DNA of 64,000 nt from contig JAWLCP010000002.1 of the NCBI GenBank assembly GCA_041687115.1, positions 2,102 to 66,101 of the forward strand, read 5' to 3'. The stretch is from Anaerolineae bacterium (GTDB lineage: Bacteria > Chloroflexota > Anaerolineae > B4-G1). Of the stretch, positions 9,329-20,157 are shown piece by piece. The translations under genes and the position numbers were made by a program. Numbering within the stretch: position 1 is the first letter of the stretch; each line of letters begins with the position of its first letter. A model generated the notes under the pieces. That model was not told the DNA's origin, ran no database searches, and worked only from the letters and a program-made list of their open reading frames with translations.

Positions 9329-11302
9329 ATGAAGTCGGAATTCTTGTTGGCGTTTAATGAAATATGCAGTGATCGCGGGCTTCCTAGGGCGGTCGTTATC
9401 GACGCTGTGGAGAAGGCGTTGGTCTCCGCGTATCGGCGCAACATAGATGCCAACACCGTGGAGAACGTCACGGCCGAGATCGACCCGACCAGCGGCGAGG
9501 CACGAATCTACGTCCAGAAGGAGGTCGTTGAGGACGTTACGGACCCGGCGTGGGAGATCGGCCTGGTCGAAGCGCGGGCGATCGATCCGGAGGCTGAGTT
9601 TGGAGACTTGATCACCGTCGAGGACACCCCTGATAACTTCGGCCGCATCGCGGCGCAGACTGCCAAGCAGGTCATTCTTCAGCGCATCCGGGAGGCCGAG
9701 CGCGATGTACAGTACGAGCATTACGTCGAGCAAGAGGGCGAGATTGTCCATGGCACTGTCCAGAGCGTCCGGTCGAATGTGGTACTGGTGAACCTGGGCG
9801 GCGCCGAGGCCATTCTGCCGCGTAGCCAGCAGGTGCCCGGTGAGAGATACCACATCCATCAGCGTCTGCGCGCGTACGTGCTGGAGGTTCGCCATACGAA
9901 CCGTGGGCCGAAGATCGTCCTCTCCCGGAGCCACCCGAAGATGTTGCGCCGGCTCCTTGAGCTCGAGGTTCCGGAGATATTCAATGGGACCGTCGAGATC
10001 AAGGCGATTGCTCGCGAGGCGGGCTCCCGCTCCAAGGTTGCTGTGGCCGCTCGCCAGCCGGGCGTCGACCCCGTGGGTGCCTGCGTTGGCATGCGCGGTG
10101 TGCGCATCAAGTCGATCGTGAACGAGCTCGGTGGCGAGAAGATCGACGTCATCGAGTGGAGTCCGGACGCGGCGACGTTCATCGCCAAGGCGCTCAGTCC
10201 GGCCAAGGTGCTGAGTGTGCAGATGGACGAGGATCCGGATGGGCGGAAATCGGCGAGCGTCGTCGTTCCTGAGGATCAGCTGTCGCTCGCCATCGGTCGA
10301 GCGGGACAGAACGCGCGATTGGCGGCGAAGTTGAGCGATCACCGCATCGACATTCAGGGTGTCACCGAGGCGGCCACCTGGGCCTTGCAGCGCGTCAATG
10401 AGGATGCCGACGTGCTGCCGAGCCTGGGTTCGGCGGCGGAGCTGCTTCCCTCGGTCGCCAACATCCTGCAGCGCCACGAAGAGGAAGAGGACATGCCGTA
10501 CTCCAGTGAGGAGTTGCTGAAGATGCGGCGGGTCATCGAGGCGGTGTGGAACCACTACGCGTCGCTGCGCAGCGCCGAGCGGGAGCGCCAGAAGGCGGAG
10601 GAGGACGCCCGTCTCGAGGCCCTGGAGAAAGTGCGCGAGATCATACCCGATGAGGCCTACGAGACGCCTGTCGAGGACATGGAGCTGGCCACGCGCACCG
10701 TCGGCCGTCTGGAGGGCGTCGGATTGGCGACCGCTGGCCAGGTGATGGAGCGCTTGATCGCTGAGGGCGACGAAGGGCTCCTGGAACTGGACGGGATCGG
10801 GCCCAAGACCGTCGAGCAGGTGAAGCAAGGGATCAGCGAGCTTGGCTTGCTCGAGGGCGAACCCGCTCCGACGGAGGAAGAAGCCGTCGGTGAGGCAGAG
10901 GTGGAAGAGGGTGCCGCCGAGCTTGCTCCGGAGGGCGTGGAGGAAGGGGAAGCCCCCGTTGCCGAGGAAGTGGCGCCCGCAGAGGAAGAGGCACCGGCCG
11001 AAGAAGAGGCCGTGGACAAAGCGGCTGCGCTCGAGAGGGCGATGCGATCCCAGGATGTAGAGCCTGAAGAGGGAGAGGTCGGGGTTGAGGAAGAGGAAGC
11101 CGAGGAAGAGGAATTCGAGGGCGAAGGACCGGAGTACTTCTTCGAAGACGAAGAGCCGATCGACCGTGAGGAGAAGTTGAAGCGAGAGCGGGGCCGCCGC
11201 GTCCAGCTGGTGTACGATGAAGAGACGGGCGAGCTGATCCCGCGCCGTCGCCGGAAGCGAGAAGAGGGCCCCGAGGATTGGCAGGAGTATGTGGACTACT
11301 AG
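9329..11302 (+). CDS. nusA: Transcription termination/antitermination factor NusA with a long acidic (Glu/Ala/Pro-rich) C-terminal extension
   Basis: N-terminal domain, S1 and KH1/KH2 regions ([54 protein letters not shown]). The protein is 657 aa because of a C-terminal tail of about 200 aa rich in E/A/P. GGAGA RBS upstream. Confidence 0.9.
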   Translation: MKSEFLLAFNEICSDRGLPRAVVIDAVEKALVSAYRRNIDANTVENVTAEIDPTSGEARIYVQKEVVEDVTDPAWEIGLVEARAIDPEAEFGDLITVEDTPDNFGRIAAQTAKQVILQRIREAERDVQYEHYVEQEGEIVHGTVQSVRSNVVLVNLGGAEAILPRSQQVPGERYHIHQRLRAYVLEVRHTNRGPKIVLSRSHPKMLRRLLELEVPEIFNGTVEIKAIAREAGSRSKVAVAARQPGVDPVGACVGMRGVRIKSIVNELGGEKIDVIEWSPDAATFIAKALSPAKVLSVQMDEDPDGRKSASVVVPEDQLSLAIGRAGQNARLAAKLSDHRIDIQGVTEAATWALQRVNEDADVLPSLGSAAELLPSVANILQRHEEEEDMPYSSEELLKMRRVIEAVWNHYASLRSAERERQKAEEDARLEALEKVREIIPDEAYETPVEDMELATRTVGRLEGVGLATAGQVMERLIAEGDEGLLELDGIGPKTVEQVKQGISELGLLEGEPAPTEEEAVGEAEVEEGAAELAPEGVEEGEAPVAEEVAPAEEEAPAEEEAVDKAAALERAMRSQDVEPEEGEVGVEEEEAEEEEFEGEGPEYFFEDEEPIDREEKLKRERGRRVQLVYDEETGELIPRRRRKREEGPEDWQEYVDY

Positions 11303-11306
11303 TCCC

Positions 11307-11588
11307 ATGGGCAGGCGGACTGTGAGGCGAAAGCATATTCCGCAGCGGACGTGCGTTGGGTGCCGCACGGTGCGTCCCAAGCGAGAGTTGGTGCGCATCG
11401 TACGCACACCCGAAGGATGTGTGACTGTGGACGAGACGGGCAAGCGCAGTGGTCGCGGCGCCTATCTCTGCCCGGAGCCCAGTTGCTGGGAGAGAGCCCT
11501 GTCGAAGGGCCAGCTGAGCCGCGCACTGCGGACGAATCTGACAGAGGAGGTCCGAGCTCGGCTTCGAGAATACGCGGCCGGTCTTTGA
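11307..11588 (+). CDS. ylxR: YlxR/DUF448 family RNA-binding protein
   Basis: RTCVGCR...RGAYLC signature; conserved position between nusA and infB. The track ORF starts at 11289; the likely start is M7. Confidence 0.8.
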   Translation: MGRRTVRRKHIPQRTCVGCRTVRPKRELVRIVRTPEGCVTVDETGKRSGRGAYLCPEPSCWERALSKGQLSRALRTNLTEEVRARLREYAAGL

Positions 11589-11619
11589 CCAGGGACCGGA
11601 GCTTTGATGAAGGGAGTGG

Positions 11620-13434
11620 GTGAAGATGAATGACGAAGTGAGGATCCGGGAAGAGGGCGTCGTTGAGATCCCAGAGTTCCTGACGGTGCGCGAGCTGGCT
11701 CAGCTCCTTGATGTCAGCCCCATCGACGTGATCAAGGAGCTGATGAGCGCCGGCGTGATGGCGAACATCAATCAGGAGATCGACTACGAGACGGCGGCTA
11801 TTGTGGCGCAGGAGATGGGTTTCGAGCCTGTGGAGGAATCTCAAGTCGCTGTCGAGGAGGTCGCGGAAGAGGGGCCAAGCCCTCTGTGGGAGCGATTCTA
11901 CGCCGGTGAGGCTCCCGAGAATCTGAAACCGCGCCCGCCCGTGGTCACAACTCTGGGACACGTGGATCATGGAAAGACGTCGCTGCTGGATGTCATCCGC
12001 CATACGAACGTGGCCGGCGGCGAGGCGGGGGGGATTACCCAGCATATCGGCGCCTATCAGGTGCAGCACGACGGACAACTCATCACCTTCATTGACACGC
12101 CCGGTCACGAGGCTTTCACGGAGATGCGGGCCCGGGGAGCGCACACCACCGACATCGCCATCCTGGTGGTAGCGGCCGACGACGGCGTCATGCCGCAGAC
12201 CATTGAGGCTATCAATCACGCCCGGGCTGCTCGTGTCCCCATCGTGGTGGCGCTCAACAAGATGGATCTGGCCACCGCTCAACCGGAGAAAACCAAGCAG
12301 GAGCTGGCCGATCAAGGTCTGGTACCTGACGATTGGGGCGGAGAGACGCTCTGCATCCCCGTCTCCGCCAAGGACAAGACAGGCCTGGCGGATCTCCTAG
12401 ACGCCCTCCTGCTCGTGGCGGAGGACTCCGAACAGATCAAGGCGAATCCGGACCGCCCAGCGATGGGCACGGTCCTGGAAGGCCGCCTGGATCGAGCGCG
12501 CGGCGCGACGGCGACGGTGCTGGTGCAGAATGGGACATTGTATATCGGGGATGACATCGTTGCAGGGCTCAGTTGCGGCCGCGTGCGGCAGATGATCGAC
12601 CAGAACGGAGAGCCGATAAGGGAGGCGGGGCCTTCCACGCCTGTTCTGGTTCTCGGTCTGTCCGATGTGCCTGAGGCGGGGGAGATTTTCAAGGTCGTCG
12701 CGGAGTCCTGCATCGCCCGTGAGATCGTCGCCCAGCGTGAGGACGAGCTTGCGGCCGAGGCTCCCGGGCCCTTGCGGACGTTTACGCTCGACGACTTCGC
12801 TAGCCGGATCAAGGCTGGAAGGGCGAAGGAGCTCAACCTCATCATCAAAGCGGACGCACAGGGCTCCATCAGTCCCATCGTCAGCTCGTTGGGGCAATTG
12901 GGCGATGAGGAGTTGAAGGTCAACATCCTCCACGCTGCAACGGGGAGCATTGGCAAGTCGGACGTCAACCTGGCTATCGCCTCTCGGGCGATTATCATTG
13001 GCTTCAACGTGAGGCCAGATCCGGCCGCGCGTAACCTGGCGGAGAGCGAGGGCGTGGACATCCGGACGTATGACATCATCTACAAGCTGATAGATGACGT
13101 CGATCAGGCGCTGAAAGGATTGCTCGAACCCACGTACGTCAAGGTGCTGGTGGGGGAGGCGGAGGTGCGCGATACGTTCCACATCCCCGACCTTGGCACC
13201 GTGGCCGGGTGTTACCTTCGCAAGGGAGAGGCGAGGAGAAACGCCAGGGCCCGGGTCATTCGAGATGGCAATCAGCTGCACGACGGTCCTGTCTCTTCGC
13301 TCAAGCGCTTCGCGGAGGACGTCCGTACGGTTCGGAAGGGCTACGAGTGTGGGGTGGGGCTAGCTGGCTTCAGTGACTTCGAGATTGGCGACGTGATCCA
13401 GTTCTACGAAGAGCGGGAGCAGCAGGCCGAGTAG
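11620..13434 (+). CDS. infB: Translation initiation factor IF-2 (short form lacking the long N-terminal region)
   Basis: [25 protein letters not shown]-domain motifs; 604 aa. Confidence 0.9.
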   Translation: MKMNDEVRIREEGVVEIPEFLTVRELAQLLDVSPIDVIKELMSAGVMANINQEIDYETAAIVAQEMGFEPVEESQVAVEEVAEEGPSPLWERFYAGEAPENLKPRPPVVTTLGHVDHGKTSLLDVIRHTNVAGGEAGGITQHIGAYQVQHDGQLITFIDTPGHEAFTEMRARGAHTTDIAILVVAADDGVMPQTIEAINHARAARVPIVVALNKMDLATAQPEKTKQELADQGLVPDDWGGETLCIPVSAKDKTGLADLLDALLLVAEDSEQIKANPDRPAMGTVLEGRLDRARGATATVLVQNGTLYIGDDIVAGLSCGRVRQMIDQNGEPIREAGPSTPVLVLGLSDVPEAGEIFKVVAESCIAREIVAQREDELAAEAPGPLRTFTLDDFASRIKAGRAKELNLIIKADAQGSISPIVSSLGQLGDEELKVNILHAATGSIGKSDVNLAIASRAIIIGFNVRPDPAARNLAESEGVDIRTYDIIYKLIDDVDQALKGLLEPTYVKVLVGEAEVRDTFHIPDLGTVAGCYLRKGEARRNARARVIRDGNQLHDGPVSSLKRFAEDVRTVRKGYECGVGLAGFSDFEIGDVIQFYEEREQQAE

Positions 13435-13464
13435 TGCTGCAGAGCTGGAGGGCATTGAATCGCG

Positions 13465-13836
13465 ATGGGCAAAAAGTATCAACGCCGTGTATCGGAGCTC
13501 GTTCACGTCCGCTTGTCCAACCTTCTGGAGCGCGAAGTCAAGGATCCGCGCCTGGATATGGTCACCATCACCGACGTGGTGGTGACGCCCGACGCAGCGC
13601 GCGCCAACGTCTACTTCACCGTGCTGGGTGGAGAAGGGGCGGTCAAGCAGGCTCAGGAGGGGCTGGAAAGCGCGGCCGGTTGGCTGCGTCGTGAGCTGGG
13701 CCGAGAGCTGCGCCTGCGCAGGACACCCGAGCTGGTCTTCCACTACGATCGTTCGGTGGAGAGGGGCGAACGGATCGCTGCAATACTCGACGAGTTGGGA
13801 CTCGGTGACGAAGAGAGCGACACTGAGGCGAGCTAG
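13465..13836 (+). CDS. rbfA: Ribosome-binding factor A
   Basis: RRVSELVHVRLSNLL...VTITDVVVTPD KH-like RbfA fold motifs. Confidence 0.9.
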   Translation: MGKKYQRRVSELVHVRLSNLLEREVKDPRLDMVTITDVVVTPDAARANVYFTVLGGEGAVKQAQEGLESAAGWLRRELGRELRLRRTPELVFHYDRSVERGERIAAILDELGLGDEESDTEAS

Positions 13837-14803
13837 CCAACTCATTCGAGAGGCTGATCAGCCTCTACTCATATGTCACGTCGCCCCGGATGGTGATGCC
13901 CTCGGAAGTCTGACCGGGCTGGCTCGGGCGTTGCGCCGGATCGGTCAGTCGCCAATTGCGGCGTGTGCCGACGGTGTTCCTTCCCGGTTCAACTATGTCC
14001 CGGGTGTCGAGTCGGTCGTTCAGGAAGTGAACGATTTCTTCGATCTGGTGATTGCCGTCGACTGCTCTCACCCGGAGAGGTTGGGGCTGTTTCGTGAGCT
14101 GCCCCACTTCGATCAGCATCCTCTGATCAATATTGACCATCACGTCACCAATGTCGGTTTTGGTGACGTCAATGTGGTCGATCCCCGCGCATCATCCACC
14201 GCTGAAGTCATCCTGGAGTTGCTCGATCACCTCCATGTCAACCTTGACGAATCGTTGGCCACCTCCTTGCTGGTCGGCATCGTCACCGACACGCGTGGAT
14301 TCCGTACCAACAACGTGACGCCGCAGGTACTCCGAGCTGCCTTGCGGTTGATGGAGGCCGGGGCGTCGCTGCCCTATGTCAGCCAACACGGTCTGGATCG
14401 AAGGCCGATGGCTGTCATTCGCTTGTGGGGGGCCGCCCTTTCCCGCCTTCGGTCTGAGGACAGCGTCGTCTGGTGCACTATCCCGTTGAGCATGCGGCGT
14501 GGGGTCGGCTATCAGGGCGGGGGCGACGCCGGGTTGGCGAGTTTCCTGCTGAGTGCCGACGAAGCCGACATCTCCCTCGTTCTCGCCGAGCAGGAGGATG
14601 GCCGAATTGATGTGGGGATGCGTGCCGCTCCTGGTTTCGACGTCGCCCGGTTCGCACTCCGCTTCGGGGGAGGCGGCCATGCCCTTGCTGCCGGCTTCGA
14701 CACGGAGGGGCCACTGGATCAGGCAGAGGAGCGGGTGTTGGATGCCTTGCGGGCCGACCTGACCGATCAGCGGGCGTCCGACGCTGGGACGCCAGACGCC
14801 TAG
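13805..14803 (+). CDS. nrnA: DHH/DHHA1 phosphoesterase (NrnA-like nanoRNase / pAp phosphatase)
   Basis: CHVAPDGDALGS (DHH motif I), DHH (INIDHHVTN), GGGHALAAG (DHHA1). The track ORF 13628..14803 overlaps rbfA; the likely start is the in-frame GTG at 13805. Conserved rbfA-nrnA-truB order. Confidence 0.8.
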   Translation: MTKRATLRRASQLIREADQPLLICHVAPDGDALGSLTGLARALRRIGQSPIAACADGVPSRFNYVPGVESVVQEVNDFFDLVIAVDCSHPERLGLFRELPHFDQHPLINIDHHVTNVGFGDVNVVDPRASSTAEVILELLDHLHVNLDESLATSLLVGIVTDTRGFRTNNVTPQVLRAALRLMEAGASLPYVSQHGLDRRPMAVIRLWGAALSRLRSEDSVVWCTIPLSMRRGVGYQGGGDAGLASFLLSADEADISLVLAEQEDGRIDVGMRAAPGFDVARFALRFGGGGHALAAGFDTEGPLDQAEERVLDALRADLTDQRASDAGTPDA

Positions 14804-14810
14804 ACAAGGG

Positions 14811-15743
14811 ATGCCTCACGGAGTCCTGAACGTCGATAAGCCGCTTGGAGAGACCTCGCACGACGTTGTGGAGCGCGTGCGGGAGCTGACCGGCGTTCGC
14901 CGTGTCGGTCATGCGGGTACCCTGGATCCGCTGGCGACCGGTGTGCTGCTCGTCTGTGTTGGCCGGCCTGCCACCCGTGTCGCCGAGTTTCTGATGGACA
15001 GGCCGAAGACGTATCGCGCGGAGGCTCGGCTGGGGCTCACCACCGATACGTTCGATGCCGAGGGTCGAATCGTCGCCAAATCGCCCGTCGACGTGGGTCG
15101 GGATCAGGTTGAGGAAGCACTGAACCGGTTCCGAGGCTCCATTGAGCAGCTCCCGCCCATGTACTCCGCGGTCAAGCACAAGGGGAAGCCCCTCTATCGC
15201 CTCGCTCGCCAGGGCATCGAGGTGGAGCGTGCCTCGCGTCGAGTTGAGGTCTATCGTCTGGAGCTGGTCGAGTGGGACCCCCCGGACTGCTCGCTGGAGA
15301 TGAGGTGCTCGGCCGGGACCTATGTGCGGGTGCTGGTTCACGAGCTCGGTCAGGCCCTCGGCTGCGGTGCCTACGTGACCGGCCTGACTCGGCTTGCCAG
15401 TGGCTCATTCCGTCTGGAGCATGCGGTAAGCCTGGACCGATTCGCTCACATGGCCAGGGAGAGCCGCTGGCCTCAGTTGCTTCTTCCCATCGACGATGCC
15501 CTCACCGATCAGTTCCCGGCTCTTACGCTGGATGAGGATGCAGCGCGACGGCTGTGCTCCGGACAGATGCTCCAGCGTGGTGGCACGGAGGCCGAAGACG
15601 GGGCATGGGTCCGGGTGTACGGACCGGAGGGTCGCTTCCTGGCGCTGGCCTCCTATGATGCGGGCGATGAGGTCTGGCGTCCGCGGAAGGTGTTCGTCTC
15701 CCCATATCCGGGACCGGGTTCCGAGCTCGACGAACGAGGCTGA
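14811..15743 (+). CDS. truB: tRNA pseudouridine(55) synthase
   Basis: GVLNVDKPLGETSHDVV, GHAGTLDPLATGVL catalytic-Asp motif. Confidence 0.9.
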   Translation: MPHGVLNVDKPLGETSHDVVERVRELTGVRRVGHAGTLDPLATGVLLVCVGRPATRVAEFLMDRPKTYRAEARLGLTTDTFDAEGRIVAKSPVDVGRDQVEEALNRFRGSIEQLPPMYSAVKHKGKPLYRLARQGIEVERASRRVEVYRLELVEWDPPDCSLEMRCSAGTYVRVLVHELGQALGCGAYVTGLTRLASGSFRLEHAVSLDRFAHMARESRWPQLLLPIDDALTDQFPALTLDEDAARRLCSGQMLQRGGTEAEDGAWVRVYGPEGRFLALASYDAGDEVWRPRKVFVSPYPGPGSELDERG

Positions 15744-15746
15744 TCG

Positions 15747-16691
15747 ATGCGCATTGTCCACCGTCTGAGCGAAGTACGTCCACCGTCACGTTCCTACGTC
15801 ACTGTGGGCGTCTTCGATGGGGTACATCGGGGTCACCAGCGGATCATCGGAGGCCTGGTGGATGCAGCCCGCGCCACAGGGAACGACGCGGTCTCCGTTA
15901 CCTTCGACCCTCATCCGGCTGCTGTGCTGAGTGAGACCGCCCCCCTTCTGTTAACCACGATTGGGGAGCGGATCGAGCTGATGGCGGACCTCGGGCTGGA
16001 CACGCTGGTTGTGTTCCCATTCACCGAAGAGGTTGTGCGTACCCCGGCCGCTGATTTCGTGGAGAGCTTGGTGCACCATCTCCGTCTGGCCGAGCTGTGG
16101 GTTGGGCCGGATTTTACCCTTGGCCACGAGTGCGAGGGGGACATCCCGTTCCTGCAAAGCATGGGGTGTCGCCGCGGGTTCAAAGTGCGGGTCGTCGAGC
16201 CGGTGGAGTGGGGAGGCGGTGTCGTCCACAGCAGTCGTGTGCGAGAGGCTCTGCGCCGAGGAGACGTCCGGGAGGCGACCGGTTGCCTGGGCCGTCCCTA
16301 TCGGCTGTCCGGGGTCGTTGTCCATGGGCGCGGAATTGGCCAAGATATCGGCGTGCCCACGGCCAACATCTCACCGCCGCCAAATCGCCTCGTTCCCGCC
16401 GGGGGGGTCTACGCGTGTTGGGCGCACACGGAGCGGTGGGGTACATTCCCGGCGGCGGCCAACATCGGCACCCGCCCGACGTTCACGGCCAATGCCCAGG
16501 GTCTGACAGTGGAAGCGCACTTACTCGATTTCGACCGCCGGCTCTACGACCAGGTGTTGGGGCTCGATTTTGTCAAGCGCTTGCGGGACGAGCGTACCCA
16601 CCCCACGTTGAACGCGTTGGTAGCGCAGCTTCGGGAGGATATCGCGCAGGTCAGAGCGCTTCTGGCTGAGAGAAACCCCGGCGAAGGATAA
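15747..16691 (+). CDS. ribF: Bifunctional riboflavin kinase / FMN adenylyltransferase
   Basis: GVFDGVHRGHQ nucleotidyltransferase motif; C-terminal riboflavin kinase (PTANI...GVY). Confidence 0.9.
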   Translation: MRIVHRLSEVRPPSRSYVTVGVFDGVHRGHQRIIGGLVDAARATGNDAVSVTFDPHPAAVLSETAPLLLTTIGERIELMADLGLDTLVVFPFTEEVVRTPAADFVESLVHHLRLAELWVGPDFTLGHECEGDIPFLQSMGCRRGFKVRVVEPVEWGGGVVHSSRVREALRRGDVREATGCLGRPYRLSGVVVHGRGIGQDIGVPTANISPPPNRLVPAGGVYACWAHTERWGTFPAAANIGTRPTFTANAQGLTVEAHLLDFDRRLYDQVLGLDFVKRLRDERTHPTLNALVAQLREDIAQVRALLAERNPGEG

Positions 16692-16718
16692 GCCCCTCAG
16701 GGCTCGAGGGTAGTCACC

Positions 16719-18092
16719 TCATTCAAGCCCGGCGATCTCAAACGAATACCCCAGCAGCTCAAGCAACGCGGAGTCAGTGCCGGGTCTCTGATACTGGAGT
16801 TCAATCACCTGTTCCTCGCCCGGCTCGATCGACCACGGCAGCGGTGGCGCCGCCGCCATCAGCTCACTCGTACCGCCGGTCGACGAGAGGGTGACGTCAG
16901 CTGTCTCCACGGTGAGGGGCTCCCCCCGACCATTTCGAACCTTGCCCACCACGATGAGCACCTCGTCATCGAGGAAGGCGTCGTCCACCGTCACCTCCAC
17001 CTGTGCAACCGCAGTGCCTATCACGCTCTCATAGGGGATGCCTATCGTCATCTCTTCCGCAGATCCCGGACGCGGCGAGAACGACCACGTGATAGGGCCG
17101 GCCGACAGAGGATCTGGCACGAGGTAGCCGGCGGTGGCGTCCGCTGAGGCGCCGGGGTCGATCTCTCCACTGAGGGGGCCATGGTCGCCAGCCTCGCTGG
17201 CCGAAGGGGAGACGAGGTATGTGTTTCCCAGGGCATCCCGCAGCCGCATGGAGAACAGCCCGGTCGGCAGCGGCACGTCCCCGACGTTCTGCACCGAGAA
17301 CTCCACCAGATAGTACATCGTGCCCGCCGGGAGGCCATCAGCCCGCTCGGCATGGCCCTCCCTGACCGTTACCCGGGCATCACCTGCCCGCACAGGCTGC
17401 CCGAGCTGGGCCGATGGTTCAGAGGAGACGGCCTGTGCCGGATCCTCTTCGGCGACGTAATCCGCCGTGGCGACTTGCCACACGTCGCCCTCGGCCAGGA
17501 TCAGCGTCAAGCCAGGCTGTCGCTGTGCCAGAACCCCCTCGTCGCCCGCCGGTACCTCCTGGCGGCCAACAAAGCGAAAGGGCAGAACGGTGCCATTCGC
17601 CAGTTGGAGCCTGATCCTCTCACCCGGAGTCAGACTCGTCATCAACCCCTCGTTCTCTGGCGTCGGCTCCAGGGCGATGGCGTAGTTCACCACCGTTCCG
17701 CAGACCCACACCGCTACGTCCGATCGATCCGCCGGGTAGTTCCAGGCGTCCTGTTCGGGCACGATTGTCTCCACGGCGAATTGGGCACCCTTGATCGTCG
17801 CCGAGACAGGATGGGCTACGCTCACCTCGACGTTGCCGCTGCTGATGAGTGTCTCGCAGCTCGGGGTTGGCAGGGGAGAGCTGGGGGATGTCGACGTCAT
17901 CTCCACCTCATCCGTTGAGGGCGGTTCATCCGCATTCCCCTCTTCCGATCCCCTCAGCCCAAGGAAGACGATGATGGCGACGGCGGCAAACAACAGGATC
18001 GCGCCCCCCGCGATGGAGAGAATCAACTCTTCACGGCTCTTTGGCGAGCGGGGCTCCGGCGTTCTCTGTGCTCCAGGAATGGGCCCGTCCAT
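16719..18092 (-). CDS. Membrane-anchored extracytoplasmic protein with a DUF4352-like domain (hypothetical)
   Basis: Single N-terminal TM (LILSIAGGAILLFAAVAIIVFL); YYLVEFSVQNVGDVPL beta-sandwich-like motif. The ATG overlaps the upstream stop (ATGA), so the two genes are translationally coupled. Confidence 0.7.
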   Translation of the reverse strand: MDGPIPGAQRTPEPRSPKSREELILSIAGGAILLFAAVAIIVFLGLRGSEEGNADEPPSTDEVEMTSTSPSSPLPTPSCETLISSGNVEVSVAHPVSATIKGAQFAVETIVPEQDAWNYPADRSDVAVWVCGTVVNYAIALEPTPENEGLMTSLTPGERIRLQLANGTVLPFRFVGRQEVPAGDEGVLAQRQPGLTLILAEGDVWQVATADYVAEEDPAQAVSSEPSAQLGQPVRAGDARVTVREGHAERADGLPAGTMYYLVEFSVQNVGDVPLPTGLFSMRLRDALGNTYLVSPSASEAGDHGPLSGEIDPGASADATAGYLVPDPLSAGPITWSFSPRPGSAEEMTIGIPYESVIGTAVAQVEVTVDDAFLDDEVLIVVGKVRNGRGEPLTVETADVTLSSTGGTSELMAAAPPLPWSIEPGEEQVIELQYQRPGTDSALLELLGYSFEIAGLE

Positions 18093-20065
18093 CAGGGGGC
18101 TCCTCCGATACCTGATCGGGGTGGAATGCGAACCTGGATATCGGCCTCTTCACCCACGACCAGGTGGCTTACGCCCAGATAGGGAACGGCGAGGCGCACC
18201 GGTCCCTGCGCTGAGACGCTGAAGGTCAGGCTGCCCTGGGAGTCTGTGTAGTCCTGAGCAAGCAACTCGTTCGTTGCCACCTCGTTGGCCCGCGCAGACA
18301 TGCCGGCGATCCCCTCGCCTGCACCTCGCTGACCATCCCCGTTGGCGTCGTAGTAGACGAGGAGACGGATCGCCACGAAGCGAGGACGGGGTGTCTCAGC
18401 CGGTACCGGTGTGGCCATCGGCCGCACGGACACGGCCTGGGCTTCCGATGCGGGCGTGGCGATGGGGGATCCAGGCTCCGTGGGGGTGGGCGTTGGTGTA
18501 CGCGTGCCCGTCGGAGTTGGCGTGCCCGGCGTGGGGCTCCTAGTCGGCACCGGTGATGGCAGCTTACCCGAAGCATCTGACGTTGGTCTGGGCGTACCGG
18601 TTGCCAGGAAAGGCGTCGTGCTCTTGTCGCAGCGCAGCGTGTAGCTGCTCTCCGATACGTCGCTGGGCGTGCGATCGCCCGTGCCGATGAGCACATACAG
18701 CCAACCCGTATAGTCGGCGAAGAAGCTCAGGGCGCTGTTGAAGTCACAGGGCTCGACGTCGTCGTTCCCCGCGATGGCGGCGTCCCACGACGGACCTCTA
18801 AACATAATCATGTTCGGATCTACGCCCGGCGCCAGATCTGACGTCTCACACCGGTAATGGAGACCGGCCTTGATCCAGACCTTGTAGAAGTCGTTGTCCG
18901 GCCCTTCGCCGAAGGCGGGTACCAGATTGAAGGTCTGGTACTTTCCCAGGGGGATGATACATGCATGCTCGAAGTCGGGGTTTGGCTCACAATCGTCGGC
19001 GCTGGTGCGTGGGGTTGGGGCTGTAGGAGACGGGCCCGGCGTGGGGGCGGCGACTTCATCGATCGTCAGGTTGTAGCTGCCGCTGGAATCGACGTTGTTT
19101 CGGACCACAACGAAGTAGTATCCATCGTAGTCCGCCTTCCAGCTGGCCCGGGACGCAAGGCCTCCGGCGCTGTCGTCGTCCCTCTCGATCCTCTTCTGAT
19201 CTCTATCGTAGATCTCCAGCACCGTGTCGACGCGGTTGAGGTCGCTCGTCGAGGCCTGATACCATCTATCGCTCTTCGTGTAGAACTGGAAGAAATCGCT
19301 GTCCTGTGCCGAATGGAACGTCAGCTCCAGGATAAGCGGCACCTGGATGGGCAGCGTCGGCGCCTGGGCAAAGCTATCATTCGGTTCGTAACCGTCCTCG
19401 CCAGCGACCGGAGCCTCTGTCGGCGTGGGTGTCGCGGTTGGCCCGGTCACGGAGGCGTCGAGATCGTACGTCCTTCCGGTACAAGATGGAGTGATCTGGA
19501 ACACCTGGAAGAAATAAGGACCCTGGCTCTCCGGCTTGAGGGTGACCTTGGCCCGGTTGTTATCCACGGGGTCTGCGTCTGTGATGATCTTCGTCAGGTC
19601 GCGGTCGTAGACGACGATGCCGAGGCTGTAGTTTGTCGTCCTGTTGGGAAGGGCTTCCACCGTATACACCGCGCCAACCTGTGCGTTGTCGAGCCGGAAC
19701 CAATCCGTGTGAACCGGGACCTCTTTCTCCTGGCCTTCTGGCACGGTTGTCTTGGCGACCAGCGCCAGGTCATCGTAATTGGCCAAAGTCACCGCCCGAT
19801 TGATGCACACGCTTGGATCCTCGCCCACGGGGCAGGCGTTGCTGTTGTTCAGGCTGTCCGTCGTGGTGGTCGTGAGCGTGCAGCTGATTTCCTCCGCCTG
19901 ATACAGAGGGGAGAAGCTCAGCCTCAGGAGCTCGTCGAGGGAATCGTGGGTGAGACGGGGTGCGGCCCACGCAGGATCTGAGTGTCTGGGAACGGCAGAG
20001 ATGAGCACCAGCAGCAAAGCGATGGTTGCCACAGTGGTCAGGAGCAGTAGGTGAGATCGCTTCAT
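18092..20065 (-). CDS. Secreted protein with three PPC (pre-peptidase C-terminal) domains, a Pro/Thr-rich linker and a C-terminal SdrD/Cna-B-like domain
   Basis: Signal peptide (MKRSHLLLLTTVATIALLLVLISAV); three PPC-like repeats (first less clear; EPNDSFAQA and EPNPDFEHA motifs in the second and third); linker TPTPTGTRTPTPTPTEPGSP; C-terminal YYDANGDGQRGAGE motif. Confidence 0.75.
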   Translation of the reverse strand: MKRSHLLLLTTVATIALLLVLISAVPRHSDPAWAAPRLTHDSLDELLRLSFSPLYQAEEISCTLTTTTTDSLNNSNACPVGEDPSVCINRAVTLANYDDLALVAKTTVPEGQEKEVPVHTDWFRLDNAQVGAVYTVEALPNRTTNYSLGIVVYDRDLTKIITDADPVDNNRAKVTLKPESQGPYFFQVFQITPSCTGRTYDLDASVTGPTATPTPTEAPVAGEDGYEPNDSFAQAPTLPIQVPLILELTFHSAQDSDFFQFYTKSDRWYQASTSDLNRVDTVLEIYDRDQKRIERDDDSAGGLASRASWKADYDGYYFVVVRNNVDSSGSYNLTIDEVAAPTPGPSPTAPTPRTSADDCEPNPDFEHACIIPLGKYQTFNLVPAFGEGPDNDFYKVWIKAGLHYRCETSDLAPGVDPNMIMFRGPSWDAAIAGNDDVEPCDFNSALSFFADYTGWLYVLIGTGDRTPSDVSESSYTLRCDKSTTPFLATGTPRPTSDASGKLPSPVPTRSPTPGTPTPTGTRTPTPTPTEPGSPIATPASEAQAVSVRPMATPVPAETPRPRFVAIRLLVYYDANGDGQRGAGEGIAGMSARANEVATNELLAQDYTDSQGSLTFSVSAQGPVRLAVPYLGVSHLVVGEEADIQVRIPPRSGIGGAP

Positions 20066-20157
20066 AGGTGCATTCCTCCCCGCCGGTCGACGCGCTTCGT
20101 CGCAGGCTCCACAGGACGACTATACCACAGACGAGGACAGAGTTCAAGCTGCCCTGA

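Noticed and set aside
9296-11443. 715-aa minus-strand ORF antisense to nusA. Similar long antisense ORFs occur at 4414-6123, 11299-12315, 12397-13281, 24197-25081, 27534-29024, 28636-29931, 32510-34117, 48439-50016, 50780-51862, 52795-54228 and 58302-59765.
   Set aside because: Their Arg/Pro/Gly/Ala-rich, low-complexity translations are typical of GC-rich shadow frames. Each lies opposite a gene with strong conserved motifs.
13628-13804. N-terminal 59 codons of the track ORF for the DHH phosphoesterase, overlapping rbfA.
   Set aside because: The DHH domain begins right after an in-frame GTG at 13805. The upstream part is out-of-frame overlap with the well-conserved rbfA C-terminus.
18411-18644. 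Simple-sequence (GT/GC-rich) tract giving a GVGVGV plus-strand ORF.
   Set aside because: It is the reverse complement of the Pro/Thr linker (TPTPTGTRTPTPTPT) of the secreted PPC-domain protein.
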